From positions 1-49,356 of the IMG/VR virus record IMGVR_UViG_3300012933_000183: DNA of 49,356 bases; one strand, written 5' to 3'. Shown here in pieces: positions 8,348 through 17,167 of the stretch (its first letter is position 1; the number at the start of each line of letters is the position of its first letter). This stretch comes from a virus. Taxonomy: Duplodnaviria; Caudoviricetes. Under the pieces are notes generated by a model. That model made no database searches. It saw only the letters and a list, made by a program, of their open reading frames with translations, and had not been told where the DNA came from. The translations under genes and the position numbers were made by a program.

Positions 8348-9403
8348 TTGTCTTTAATGAATAAACTTAAAAAGAACTCTAAGATCGAATTCACTTCGCC
8401 ATTAGAAGATTCAAAATTCTTCGGTAACAAGGATGTCATCTCGACTCCAGTTCCAATGATTAACGTAGCACTTGGTGGTCGTCTCGATGGCGGTCTAACT
8501 CCAGGTTTAACAGTACTTGCTGGTCCAAGTAAACACTTCAAAACTGCATTCTCTTTGCTGATGGCAAAGGCATACATGGACAAATATTCTGATGCAGTCA
8601 TGTTGTTTTATGATTCAGAATTCGGTACTCCACAAGCATACTTCGATTCATTTGGTATCGATAAGTCTCGTGTACTTCACACACCAATTACTGACGTTGA
8701 ACAACTTAAGTTTGATGTCGTATCACAACTTAATAACCTAGAGCGTGGCGAAAAAGTTATTATCGTCATCGACTCAGTAGGTAACCTTGCATCTAAGAAA
8801 GAATTAGAAGATGCATTGAATGAAAAATCTGTGGCAGATATGTCACGTGCTAAGGCACTTAAAGGTTTGTTCCGTATGATCACACCATATTTGACCATGA
8901 AAGATGTGCCAATGGTTGTAGTGAATCATACGTATATGGAAATCGGCATGTTCCCTAAAGCTGTCGTATCTGGTGGCACAGGTATCTACTATTCAGCAGA
9001 TACAATCTGGATTCTCGGTCGTCAACAAGACAAAGATGGTACCGAAATCAAAGGTTACCACTTCATTATCAACGTTGAGAAGAGCCGTTATGTTAAAGAA
9101 AAATCTAAAATCCCTGTATCTGTTTCTTTCGAGGGTGGAATTCAGCGTTATAGCGGGTTGCTTGATATTGCTTTGGCTGGTAACTTCGTTGGTAAACCTA
9201 ATAACGGGTGGTATCAAAAAATCGATCGAGAAACAGGTGAGTTCATCGGTACAAAGGTACGAGAGAAGGACACGCTCAATCAAGAATTCTGGCAAGACAT
9301 TCTAGCATCTCAAGAATTCCAACAATATATCATTGATTCATACCAAGTTGGTTCTGCATCAATGTATCAACAGAATGAAGAATCCGATGAAGATAACGCT
9401 TGA
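8348..9403 (+). CDS. uvsX: RecA-like recombinase UvsX
   Basis: LAGPSKHFKT, FYDSEFG, DSVGNLASKKE, SGGTGIYYSAD; AAGGAG RBS with TTG start. Confidence 0.96.
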   Translation: MSLMNKLKKNSKIEFTSPLEDSKFFGNKDVISTPVPMINVALGGRLDGGLTPGLTVLAGPSKHFKTAFSLLMAKAYMDKYSDAVMLFYDSEFGTPQAYFDSFGIDKSRVLHTPITDVEQLKFDVVSQLNNLERGEKVIIVIDSVGNLASKKELEDALNEKSVADMSRAKALKGLFRMITPYLTMKDVPMVVVNHTYMEIGMFPKAVVSGGTGIYYSADTIWILGRQQDKDGTEIKGYHFIINVEKSRYVKEKSKIPVSVSFEGGIQRYSGLLDIALAGNFVGKPNNGWYQKIDRETGEFIGTKVREKDTLNQEFWQDILASQEFQQYIIDSYQVGSASMYQQNEESDEDNA

Positions 9404-9728
9404 TTCATACACCTTCGTTGAACATAAAGGCGAAGAACTTTGGTATGTAAAGATCAAAGAAGGTGATTATAAAGATGTGATCTATAAGTATGGTCGAATC
9501 GAAGTCCTAGAAGTCGGCGATCATGCTAAATTAAAATTTGAATTCAAAGTCGAAAAATGGCCAGATGAACTGGACATGACTGAAGAAGATTTTAATCAAG
9601 ATGCTACATTCATGAACATTCTCGGGGATATTCTAATCCATGTTCTCGAGGATGCAATGGAAACTGGAAAATATAAATTAGGTAATGATGATAAGCCAAC
9701 TGATTCTGAATCAACTGTGCACGAATGA
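9387..9728 (+). CDS. Head vertex assembly chaperone gp40-like protein
   Basis: Small acidic ORF between uvsX and gp41, the syntenic position of T4 gene 40. Confidence 0.55.
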   Translation: MKITLDSYTFVEHKGEELWYVKIKEGDYKDVIYKYGRIEVLEVGDHAKLKFEFKVEKWPDELDMTEEDFNQDATFMNILGDILIHVLEDAMETGKYKLGNDDKPTDSESTVHE

Positions 9729-11073
9729 AGAATTCACTCGAAGAACTCTACCCTTTCTTAAGGATGAGTACTTCGAACGTGGAGAGAAACTGCTGTTCGC
9801 AGTGGTTTCTCGTTTCATCGAGAAATACAATACAGTGCCAACTGAGGCAGCACTTAAACTCGAATTGCAAAAAATCCCAAACATTACTAATGATGTTCTG
9901 GAACAAGTGCAACGAGCATATAAGTCTGAACCAGTTGACATGCAATGGGTATTAGATGAGACTGAAAAATTCTGTCAAGATCGTTCGATCTATCTTGCTA
10001 TTATGGAATCGATTCAGATTATTGATGGCAAGCATAAAGAACTTACAAACAATGCTATTCCAGAAATTCTGTCTAAAGCATTAGGTGTAAGTTTTGACAC
10101 CAACATTGGTCATGACTACATTGATAATTCTGATTCACGTTATGAATTCTATCATAAAGTCGAGAATCGTTTGCCATTCGATCTTGAGTTCTTCAACAAG
10201 ATTACCAAAGGCGGTTTGCCAAACAAAACACTGAACATCATTCTTGCTGGTACCGGTGTTGGTAAGTCATTGTTTATGTGTCACATGGCAGGTTCATCGT
10301 TGGTTCAAGGCAAAAATGTCTTATACATAACAATGGAAATGGCAGAAGAACGTATTGCTGAACGTATCGATGCAAACCTAATGAATATTCCAGTTGATCA
10401 ACTGGAATCCTTGCCTAAAGCTGTGTATGATTCTAAGATTCAAAAGATCGGTCAGAAAAATATTGGTAAGTTAATTGTAAAAGAATATCCAACTGGAGCG
10501 GCCCACGTTGGCCACTTTAGAGCTCTGTTGAATGAACTTAAACTTAAAAAGAATTTTAAGCCAGATATTATCTTTATTGACTACCTTAATATTTGTGCCT
10601 CTTCACGCATTCGTGGATTGGGTGGATCAGTTAATACTTACTCATACGTTAAAGCGATCGCAGAGGAAATGCGTGGACTTGCAGTCGAGTTCAACGTCCC
10701 ACTCGTTTCGGCGACTCAGACGACTCGTTCTGGTTATTCAAATACGGATGTTGGTTTGGAAGACACGTCGGAAAGTTTCGGCTTACCAGCGACAGCAGAC
10801 TTTATGTTCGCAGTCATCTCAACAGAAGAACTTGAAAAACTAGGTCAAGTGATGGTTAAGCAATTGAAGAATCGTTATAATGATCCAACATCTAATAAGA
10901 GATTCATCATTGGTATTGATCGATCACGTATGAAGTTGTATGATGTAGAAGCGTCAGCACAAACCTTGATTGATGATGCAGCACACGTACCATCAAACCA
11001 ACAAGATAAACCATTAAATACATTTGGCAATCGAGAGAAGCCAAACTTTGGAGGATTTAAATTCGATGAGTAA
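9685..11073 (+). CDS. gp41: Replicative DnaB-like helicase
   Basis: LAGTGVGKSLFMC, ITMEMAEE, DYLNIC, SATQTTRSG, SESFGLPATAD, KQLKNRY. Confidence 0.96.
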   Translation: MMISQLILNQLCTNEEFTRRTLPFLKDEYFERGEKLLFAVVSRFIEKYNTVPTEAALKLELQKIPNITNDVLEQVQRAYKSEPVDMQWVLDETEKFCQDRSIYLAIMESIQIIDGKHKELTNNAIPEILSKALGVSFDTNIGHDYIDNSDSRYEFYHKVENRLPFDLEFFNKITKGGLPNKTLNIILAGTGVGKSLFMCHMAGSSLVQGKNVLYITMEMAEERIAERIDANLMNIPVDQLESLPKAVYDSKIQKIGQKNIGKLIVKEYPTGAAHVGHFRALLNELKLKKNFKPDIIFIDYLNICASSRIRGLGGSVNTYSYVKAIAEEMRGLAVEFNVPLVSATQTTRSGYSNTDVGLEDTSESFGLPATADFMFAVISTEELEKLGQVMVKQLKNRYNDPTSNKRFIIGIDRSRMKLYDVEASAQTLIDDAAHVPSNQQDKPLNTFGNREKPNFGGFKFDE

Positions 11074-11302
11074 AGAAATTGATAAGGTCGTTATCTTCTT
11101 TAAGGATGGTACATTTAGCGAAATCAAAAATGTGGTTCCTGTAAAAGAGTTCAATGATCGACCTATACCTACACAAGAATTCCCATATACTACTTTATCA
11201 ATCCCATGTCCAAAGTGTGGAATGGCAAAAACACCATGCTTTGTACAAGATTGTCCAACAGGACTCGGTTGGCCAGGAATTGGACCAGCTGTTGTAGATT
11301 AA
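11066..11302 (+). CDS. Hypothetical protein (C-terminal Cys cluster)
   Basis: GGAGG RBS; CPKC..C..CP. Confidence 0.55.
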   Translation: MSKEIDKVVIFFKDGTFSEIKNVVPVKEFNDRPIPTQEFPYTTLSIPCPKCGMAKTPCFVQDCPTGLGWPGIGPAVVD

Positions 11303-11303
11303 A

Positions 11304-11540
11304 ATGGCAATAGAATTTAAAGAAGATAAGAAACTCAAGAAAAAACCATTCGTGAAAGGTGAAAGTGTAAAGACACTTAATATCATGTATAAAGTAACAT
11401 ATTATAATGGCAACGGTCTAAGTGTGGGGTTCAAGTGGTTCTCTACATTTGGAGAAGCCACAGATTTTTGCATTCATCATGTAAAGAGTGGTGATGTGAT
11501 TGAAGTTAAACGTTATGAAAGTAAAGTAAATGCAAGTTAA
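11304..11540 (+). CDS. Hypothetical protein
   Basis: ORF packed between neighbours; start uncertain. Confidence 0.5.
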   Translation: MAIEFKEDKKLKKKPFVKGESVKTLNIMYKVTYYNGNGLSVGFKWFSTFGEATDFCIHHVKSGDVIEVKRYESKVNAS

Positions 11541-12219
11541 ATTAGTATCATATAGCAAACCATCTCGCGAGTTGTATGCTGAAGGACTATTAGATGTACA
11601 AGATCTTATTGCCTATTGTGCACGAGTTTCTAATCCATCTAATCAATTGAATAGTGGCACATCAGAGAAACTCATTCAGTATCTCATTAAGCACCAACAT
11701 TGGTCACCACTTGAAATGGTTTCCGCATGTTTGGAAGTTGAAACTACACGTGACATTGCTCGTCAGATCTTACGTCATCGTTCATTTTCATTCCAAGAAT
11801 TTTCACAACGATATGCAGATCCAACTAAGGACTTGCATTTTGTAGTACGTGAAGCTCGTTTCCAAGATACAAAGAATCGTCAAAATTCTGTTGAACTTGA
11901 TATGACTTCTGATAGCGATCGTCAGATTGCATATCAATGGGAAAATCTACAACGTGATTTGATTCAACGCACCACAGATGTTTACAAGTGGGCGATTGAA
12001 AAAGGTATCGCTAAAGAACAAGCACGCGCAGTTTTGCCAGAAGGTTTAACTGGTTCACGTATGTACATGAACGGAACATTGCGATCATGGATCCACTTCA
12101 TTCAAGTTCGATCAACTAAAGGTACACAGAAAGAACATATGGCTATTGCATTAGAAGTTGCTAAAGTAATTGCTGAGATCTTTCCAATGGCCACTGACAT
12201 GGTTGAAAGTAATACTTAA
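11530..12219 (+). CDS. thyX: Flavin-dependent thymidylate synthase
   Basis: ARVS, HWSPLE, RQILRHRSFSFQEFSQRY signature, EQARAVLP. Confidence 0.95.
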   Translation: MQVKLVSYSKPSRELYAEGLLDVQDLIAYCARVSNPSNQLNSGTSEKLIQYLIKHQHWSPLEMVSACLEVETTRDIARQILRHRSFSFQEFSQRYADPTKDLHFVVREARFQDTKNRQNSVELDMTSDSDRQIAYQWENLQRDLIQRTTDVYKWAIEKGIAKEQARAVLPEGLTGSRMYMNGTLRSWIHFIQVRSTKGTQKEHMAIALEVAKVIAEIFPMATDMVESNT

Positions 12220-12246
12220 GTACTAAATTTCACCCAGTGGAATTAT

Positions 12247-12277
12247 AAGCCAATGATTTTCATTGGCTTTTTTTTTT
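12247..12277 (+). terminator. Rho-independent terminator
   Basis: AAGCCAATGA-ttt-TCATTGGCTT stem followed by a long T run. Confidence 0.85.
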
Positions 12278-12288
12278 CGTAAAAAGCA

Positions 12289-12317
12289 TGTACAGCATGG
12301 AAAAAGTATGGTATAAT
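12289..12317 (+). promoter_or_regulatory. Early promoter
   Basis: TGTACA-17 nt-TATAAT with TG extension. Confidence 0.85.
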
Positions 12318-12343
12318 AGATCCATAAATTGAAAAGGATGATT

Positions 12344-12664
12344 ATGACTAAACGTGCTGATTCATATATTTTTACTGCTGATCCAAAATCATGTGTCGAC
12401 ATGATGCAAATTGATACTGTGCGAAAGACTGTTCGAGCTATCAATCGCGAAGCAAAGACTGCACACAAGTATGCAGTTGCACGTGCTCAATATTGGGGTC
12501 ATCCAACACCTAAAGCACCAACAATGAAACGTGTTCGTGTAATGGGTCGTGGTCCACGTAAAGAAGCAGCAATGAATGATTATGGTCGTCCACGTGCATA
12601 CGATGCATATTTGCCTCAACGTTATGCTACAAGTTTTGATGTTTATATCGGTGATGCTAAATGA
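12344..12664 (+). CDS. Hypothetical basic early protein
   Basis: AAGGA RBS, directly downstream of promoter. Confidence 0.65.
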   Translation: MTKRADSYIFTADPKSCVDMMQIDTVRKTVRAINREAKTAHKYAVARAQYWGHPTPKAPTMKRVRVMGRGPRKEAAMNDYGRPRAYDAYLPQRYATSFDVYIGDAK

Positions 12665-12831
12665 GTAAAATGAAAGAAGTTGTTATGGATATTGAAGAGT
12701 ATGTCATGCAAGGTTTTGATGCCGCATGGATTGCTCAACGATTGAATGTACCAATTGACATGGTCCTCGAGATAGAAGAGGACGTCATGCAACTTGGCAA
12801 TCCTTATTCTTATGGACCAGATTCAGAATGA
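12661..12831 (+). CDS. Small hypothetical protein (56 aa, HTH-like; not in ORF track)
   Basis: MSKMKEVVMDIEEYVMQGFDAAWIAQRLNVPIDMV...; ATGA overlaps at both ends. Confidence 0.6.
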   Translation: MSKMKEVVMDIEEYVMQGFDAAWIAQRLNVPIDMVLEIEEDVMQLGNPYSYGPDSE

Positions 12832-13238
12832 TTTACATTAAACGAAGCCGTTATCTAACAGCAGCTAAACATGAAGAGTTGTATAAGGCAGCTAGCTTAT
12901 TCATGACTGAACTCATGGGTAGAAAGGCAGATAAAGTTGATGTTATTATTTCTGTCAAAGGAACCGGTTTAGAAGATCATGTCGATGGCTATTGTTTGTG
13001 TACTGAGGAAAATGCTTCAGGCAAAGGTATCGAATTTGAATTGGATATACGTGGAAACCGTGGCCTAGATTTTGCCATTAAATGTATGGCACATGAATTA
13101 GTACACGTTTGGCAAATGAGTACTGGACGTATTAGCGAAAAACAATACCATAAAACAACTGATCACTATAACTCTCCATGGGAGATTGAAGCAAGAGAAC
13201 TAGAAGAACCATTGTACGAAATGTACCTTAAGTCATAA
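12828..13238 (+). CDS. Zincin-like metallopeptidase (HExxH)
   Basis: AHELVHVWQ ... PWEIEA. Confidence 0.75.
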   Translation: MIYIKRSRYLTAAKHEELYKAASLFMTELMGRKADKVDVIISVKGTGLEDHVDGYCLCTEENASGKGIEFELDIRGNRGLDFAIKCMAHELVHVWQMSTGRISEKQYHKTTDHYNSPWEIEARELEEPLYEMYLKS

Positions 13239-13292
13239 GGTTTATATCGTCTCCATTTACCACAGGTAAACGGCCGCCCAAACAGTCTGCTA

Positions 13293-13300
13293 TATAAATA
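13293..13300 (+). promoter_or_regulatory. T4-type late promoter
   Basis: Exact intergenic TATAAATA about 40 nt upstream of the 13343 ATG. Confidence 0.8.
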
Positions 13301-13342
13301 GATCTATGTCAGTCGCCAGAGCGACAGTAACGTAGGGATTAT

Positions 13343-14302
13343 ATGGCAGAATATAAGAAATTAACACCTAGCGAACTGCTAAAACCAGGTCGAGAGGGTC
13401 GTGGCGAAACGTTGATTACCAAGTTGGAAAATGGAGACGATTTTGTTTTGCATGACGGAAGTATATTGAAGTTTAAGAAAGATAAAGATGTTGTTGGTGC
13501 TATTAGACTTGGTCTAAAGAATAGCAGTAACGAATTGCTTCAGGCAATTCGTATGAAATCCACAACTGGAAAAGAATACAAGATATCGGACCTAGCAAAA
13601 ACACCAGAATTTGGTGGCAAAGGTGCAGGTTCTGGTACACGTGCTGAAGATGCAGCGCTTACAGACATTATTGCAAAACTTCAGAAGCTTTTATTAAAAG
13701 AACAAAAGCCATATATTCCAGTTGATATAAATGGAAAGACAGTCAAGTGTGCTGGCTTTGAATCAACATTTGGTACACCTAAGAGTGACTTCCATATCTT
13801 AGACACTGAAGGAAATATGGTTGCCTGGATATCGCATAAAAAAGGTACTAAGGCAAAAGACTTCCAACAATATGGCGGCATGGTTGAATTAGCAGGCAAC
13901 AAAGAACTAGAACAGTTTGTTGAAGATGTTAAAGAACAACTAAAAGAAATGGGCAGTGACGGTGCACTTCCAATGAAAACTGCTTTTGCTAGAAAAGTAA
14001 AAGATAAAACAGTGAAAATGAAAACACTGTTTGGTAAAGAGTACAAAGCTTCTGGTCCAGATTCAGTTCAAAATATTGATGTACTATATCAAGGTGTTTT
14101 GGATTTTAAGAAAGTTGCCAAGAAGTTTGTGATCACAAGTAGCCATACAGTTTTCCATGGTGAAGAACCAACAGGTGATTACGAACCATATTATTACGTA
14201 AGACCTGAACAAGCTAAAACACAATTCGGAATTAAAGGTGGTCGTTTCTTTATTGTATCAAAACAAACGGCACTAGGCAATAAGAATACGAAAGAAATCT
14301 AA
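13343..14302 (+). CDS. Hypothetical protein, probable PD-(D/E)xK-like nuclease
   Basis: RAEDAA..PKSDFHI..WISHKKG..FQQYGG pattern. Confidence 0.5.
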   Translation: MAEYKKLTPSELLKPGREGRGETLITKLENGDDFVLHDGSILKFKKDKDVVGAIRLGLKNSSNELLQAIRMKSTTGKEYKISDLAKTPEFGGKGAGSGTRAEDAALTDIIAKLQKLLLKEQKPYIPVDINGKTVKCAGFESTFGTPKSDFHILDTEGNMVAWISHKKGTKAKDFQQYGGMVELAGNKELEQFVEDVKEQLKEMGSDGALPMKTAFARKVKDKTVKMKTLFGKEYKASGPDSVQNIDVLYQGVLDFKKVAKKFVITSSHTVFHGEEPTGDYEPYYYVRPEQAKTQFGIKGGRFFIVSKQTALGNKNTKEI

Positions 14303-15537
14303 TGATCACATTTAAGAACTATCTTACAGAACAGAAGAACACACATATGACACACATCGAGGATTTGATCCTTGATGGTGGTGTAGAAGGTGCACGTCAA
14401 GCAATCATGGCTCTTCGTTCATTGCGTGATATGTTAGCTGGCCACGAAGATGCTGAAGCTAAAGTTGGTTTAACTGTAAAATGGGATGGAGCTCCTGCTG
14501 TTTTCTGTGGTATCGATCCACAAGATGGTCAGTTCTTCGTTGCCAAAAAAGGTATCTTCAACAAGAATCCTAAGGTGTACAAGTCTCATGCAGAGATTGA
14601 AGCTGATACACAAGGTGACTTACAAACAAAGTTGAAAATTGCTTTTGATAATCTAAAACTTCTAGGTATCAAAGGTGTGGTTCAAGGCGATATCATGTTT
14701 ACACAAGATGATCTTAATACTGAGACCATCGAAGGTGAGAAGTATGTAACATTCCATCCAAACACCATCGTATACGCAGTACCTGAGCATGAAGCCGGAG
14801 ATTTATTGAAGGCAAATATTGGAGTTGTATTTCATACAACATACGAAGGTAAAACATTTGAAGAAATGAGAGCATCGTATGGCGTCAATGTTGAAGCGTT
14901 CAAGAAAACCCCAAAAGTGTGGGCTGTATCAGCTGGAGTGTCCGACGTTGGAGGTAGAGCAAACCTCACCGCCTCCGAAACGAAACAAGTTACGAAACAG
15001 TTATCCGATGCAGGTAAACTATTTCAGTCAATTGGACGAGGAGTATTTGAGCTTATCTCATCAGATCCAGAACTTAACACCATTATCAATACTTACAATA
15101 ACACCTTCATCAGACGAGCAGAACGAATGGGTGGAGGATCAGGACACGTACGAGGATTGGTGAAATACATCCATGATAAGTACCAAAAAGATATTGATAA
15201 GCTGAAGACTGATAAGTCCAAAGAAGCCAAAATGGCAAAGCGTCAGTCAGTACTAGATAGTATTGATGCACATCAAAATGATCTAGCAAAAATCTTCGAA
15301 TTGCAAAAACTGGTCGTTGCTGCGAAAGAAACTATTATAAATAAGCTTAACCAGATCAATACTACTAAAACGTTTGTTAAGACTAAGAATGGTTTCAAGG
15401 TCACAGGCGCTGAAGGTTTTGTTGCAATTGATAGGATTGGTGGAGGGGCTGTTAAGCTGGTTGACCGCCTTGAGTTCTCTACGAACAACTTCAATCCAGA
15501 TATTATCAAAGGTTGGGATAGTCCTAATCGAGGTTAA
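14302..15537 (+). CDS. DUF6267-like protein (ligase-like nucleotidyltransferase fold), with capsid-targeting-like N-terminus
   Basis: KNTHMTHIED, TVKWDGAPA (KxDG), QGD, FHPNTIVY, EGFV, KLVDRLEFS. Confidence 0.7.
   Translation: MITFKNYLTEQKNTHMTHIEDLILDGGVEGARQAIMALRSLRDMLAGHEDAEAKVGLTVKWDGAPAVFCGIDPQDGQFFVAKKGIFNKNPKVYKSHAEIEADTQGDLQTKLKIAFDNLKLLGIKGVVQGDIMFTQDDLNTETIEGEKYVTFHPNTIVYAVPEHEAGDLLKANIGVVFHTTYEGKTFEEMRASYGVNVEAFKKTPKVWAVSAGVSDVGGRANLTASETKQVTKQLSDAGKLFQSIGRGVFELISSDPELNTIINTYNNTFIRRAERMGGGSGHVRGLVKYIHDKYQKDIDKLKTDKSKEAKMAKRQSVLDSIDAHQNDLAKIFELQKLVVAAKETIINKLNQINTTKTFVKTKNGFKVTGAEGFVAIDRIGGGAVKLVDRLEFSTNNFNPDIIKGWDSPNRG
15336..15343 (+). promoter_or_regulatory. Possible internal late promoter
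   Basis: TATAAATA within the 3' part of the DUF6267-like CDS. Confidence 0.4.
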
Positions 15538-15986
15538 TGGGAAAACACATGTTAAAGTTTAAAGAATACTCAAGCGAGTTCGATGTCATTTCCGATTCTA
15601 TGGAATTGGATAATGATGAGTTGTCAACGATCAATGAAATCCTAGACACATCAGCTCGTATCAAGAAAAAACAACAATTCATTCGTCGTAAATCACGAAT
15701 CGCCTTAGCTAAAAAGATGCAGTCACATAGACTAGCATCTAATGATCGCATCAAACAAAGAGCCAAAACACGCGCTCGCAATCTTCTGATCAAACGCCTA
15801 TACCATGGCCGTTCAAAGTCAGATATCCCACTCGCACAAAGAAAAGCAGTCGACATTAAGCTATCACGCTTAAAGAATACAGTCGATCGTTTGTCACGCA
15901 AGTTAATTAGACGTGTCAAACAAGATGACATCCGCAGAAAAACTAATGCAAATACTGGTCAACGTGATACAGGACAAGTTAGTTAA
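15537..15986 (+). CDS. Basic hypothetical protein (probable prohead core/internal protein)
   Basis: Acidic N-terminus ending in INE followed by a very Arg/Lys-rich helical region. Confidence 0.6.
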   Translation: MGKHMLKFKEYSSEFDVISDSMELDNDELSTINEILDTSARIKKKQQFIRRKSRIALAKKMQSHRLASNDRIKQRAKTRARNLLIKRLYHGRSKSDIPLAQRKAVDIKLSRLKNTVDRLSRKLIRRVKQDDIRRKTNANTGQRDTGQVS

Positions 15987-16912
15987 TGAAGCACTTTAAA
16001 GAATACCTTAAAGAATCGACTGGACATGTAACTTTTACATTCGGTCGTTTCAATCCACCTACAGTAGGTCATGAAAAACTTTTAGACAAGGTTCATGAAG
16101 TTGCCAAAGGTGGTGCATATCGTGTGTATGCATCTCATAGTGAGGATCCTAAAAAGAATCCTCTATCATATAACGACAAAATTAAATTCATGCGCAAGAT
16201 GTTCCCACGTCATGCGCGTTCTATTATTTCCGCAGCTAATATCAAAACTGCATTTGATGCACTAGACACTTTGTACGAACAAGGTTATCGTCAAGTTTCT
16301 TTCGTCGTTGGTTCTGACCGAGTTGAAGAGTTTAGTAAGACTCTCAACAAATATAACGGAGAGAAGCGTGCAACAGGATTCTACAATTTTGAGGGCGGCA
16401 TACAGGTTGTATCTGCTGGTGAACGTGATCCGGACTCTGAAGACGTTAGCGGTATGTCTGCAAGTAAAATGCGAGCAGCAGCCAAGGATAACAACTTTGA
16501 ACTGTTTGCAAAAGGCTTACCAAGCGGATTTAAAGAAGCGCAAAAACTATTTAATGCAGTGCGCTCAGGAATGGGACTCAAAGAGTCATACAACTTCCGT
16601 CAACATATCCAGTTGCCAACACTCAGTAAAGAACGAGAAGAATACATCAATGGAAACCTATTCAAAGTAGGTGATGTCATTGAAGTTAAAGAATCAAAAC
16701 AGTTGGGTCAAATCAAACGTTTAGGTTCAAATTATGTAATGATTGAAACTTATGAAGGCGATAAGCAACGTAAGTGGTTGAAAGACATTGTGAAAGTTGA
16801 AGAAGCATTCATTAATAAACTAATGACTGGTACTTCTATTACAGAATCTAAAAAATCTAAAACTAAAATCAAGTCCTTCAAAGAAGACTTGTCAACATTC
16901 GATGGGAAATAA
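15986..16912 (+). CDS. Cytidylyltransferase-like HIGH-family nucleotidyltransferase
   Basis: FTFGRFNPPTVGH, KNPL, VVGSDR, SAGERDPD, GMSASKMR; C-terminal KOW/SH3-like domain. Confidence 0.85.
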   Translation: MKHFKEYLKESTGHVTFTFGRFNPPTVGHEKLLDKVHEVAKGGAYRVYASHSEDPKKNPLSYNDKIKFMRKMFPRHARSIISAANIKTAFDALDTLYEQGYRQVSFVVGSDRVEEFSKTLNKYNGEKRATGFYNFEGGIQVVSAGERDPDSEDVSGMSASKMRAAAKDNNFELFAKGLPSGFKEAQKLFNAVRSGMGLKESYNFRQHIQLPTLSKEREEYINGNLFKVGDVIEVKESKQLGQIKRLGSNYVMIETYEGDKQRKWLKDIVKVEEAFINKLMTGTSITESKKSKTKIKSFKEDLSTFDGK

Positions 16913-16914
16913 AA

Positions 16915-17166
16915 ATGAGCGAAAGAATTCTTAAACTATTAGAAGCAGAACGTACACTAACTGGACCATTCTATACTGGTGCAACGTTAATTCGCGTTTT
17001 CAACGATACAGCTGGTGCAGTATTATTAACAGTTAAAGACGGTGTAACAACAACCGGTTCAGTTACTGTTAAAGCCGGTGAAGTAATTTTCATCCGTAAA
17101 AAGGGCGCTGAAACGCTTGAAGCATCAGCAGGCGTAAAGACTGTACCTGTTGGCTTCGGAGATTAA
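16915..17166 (+). CDS. Hypothetical beta-rich protein
   Basis: 83-aa ORF in the late block. Confidence 0.6.
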   Translation: MSERILKLLEAERTLTGPFYTGATLIRVFNDTAGAVLLTVKDGVTTTGSVTVKAGEVIFIRKKGAETLEASAGVKTVPVGFGD

Positions 17167-17167
17167 G

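Noticed and set aside
12268-12277. Poly-T phase-variation or slippage tract
   Set aside because: It is the U-tract of the terminator after thyX
14879-16670. Alternative-frame ORFs in the DUF6267-like and cytidylyltransferase genes
   Set aside because: No recognisable motifs or initiation signals, unlike the 19979 and 23859 cases
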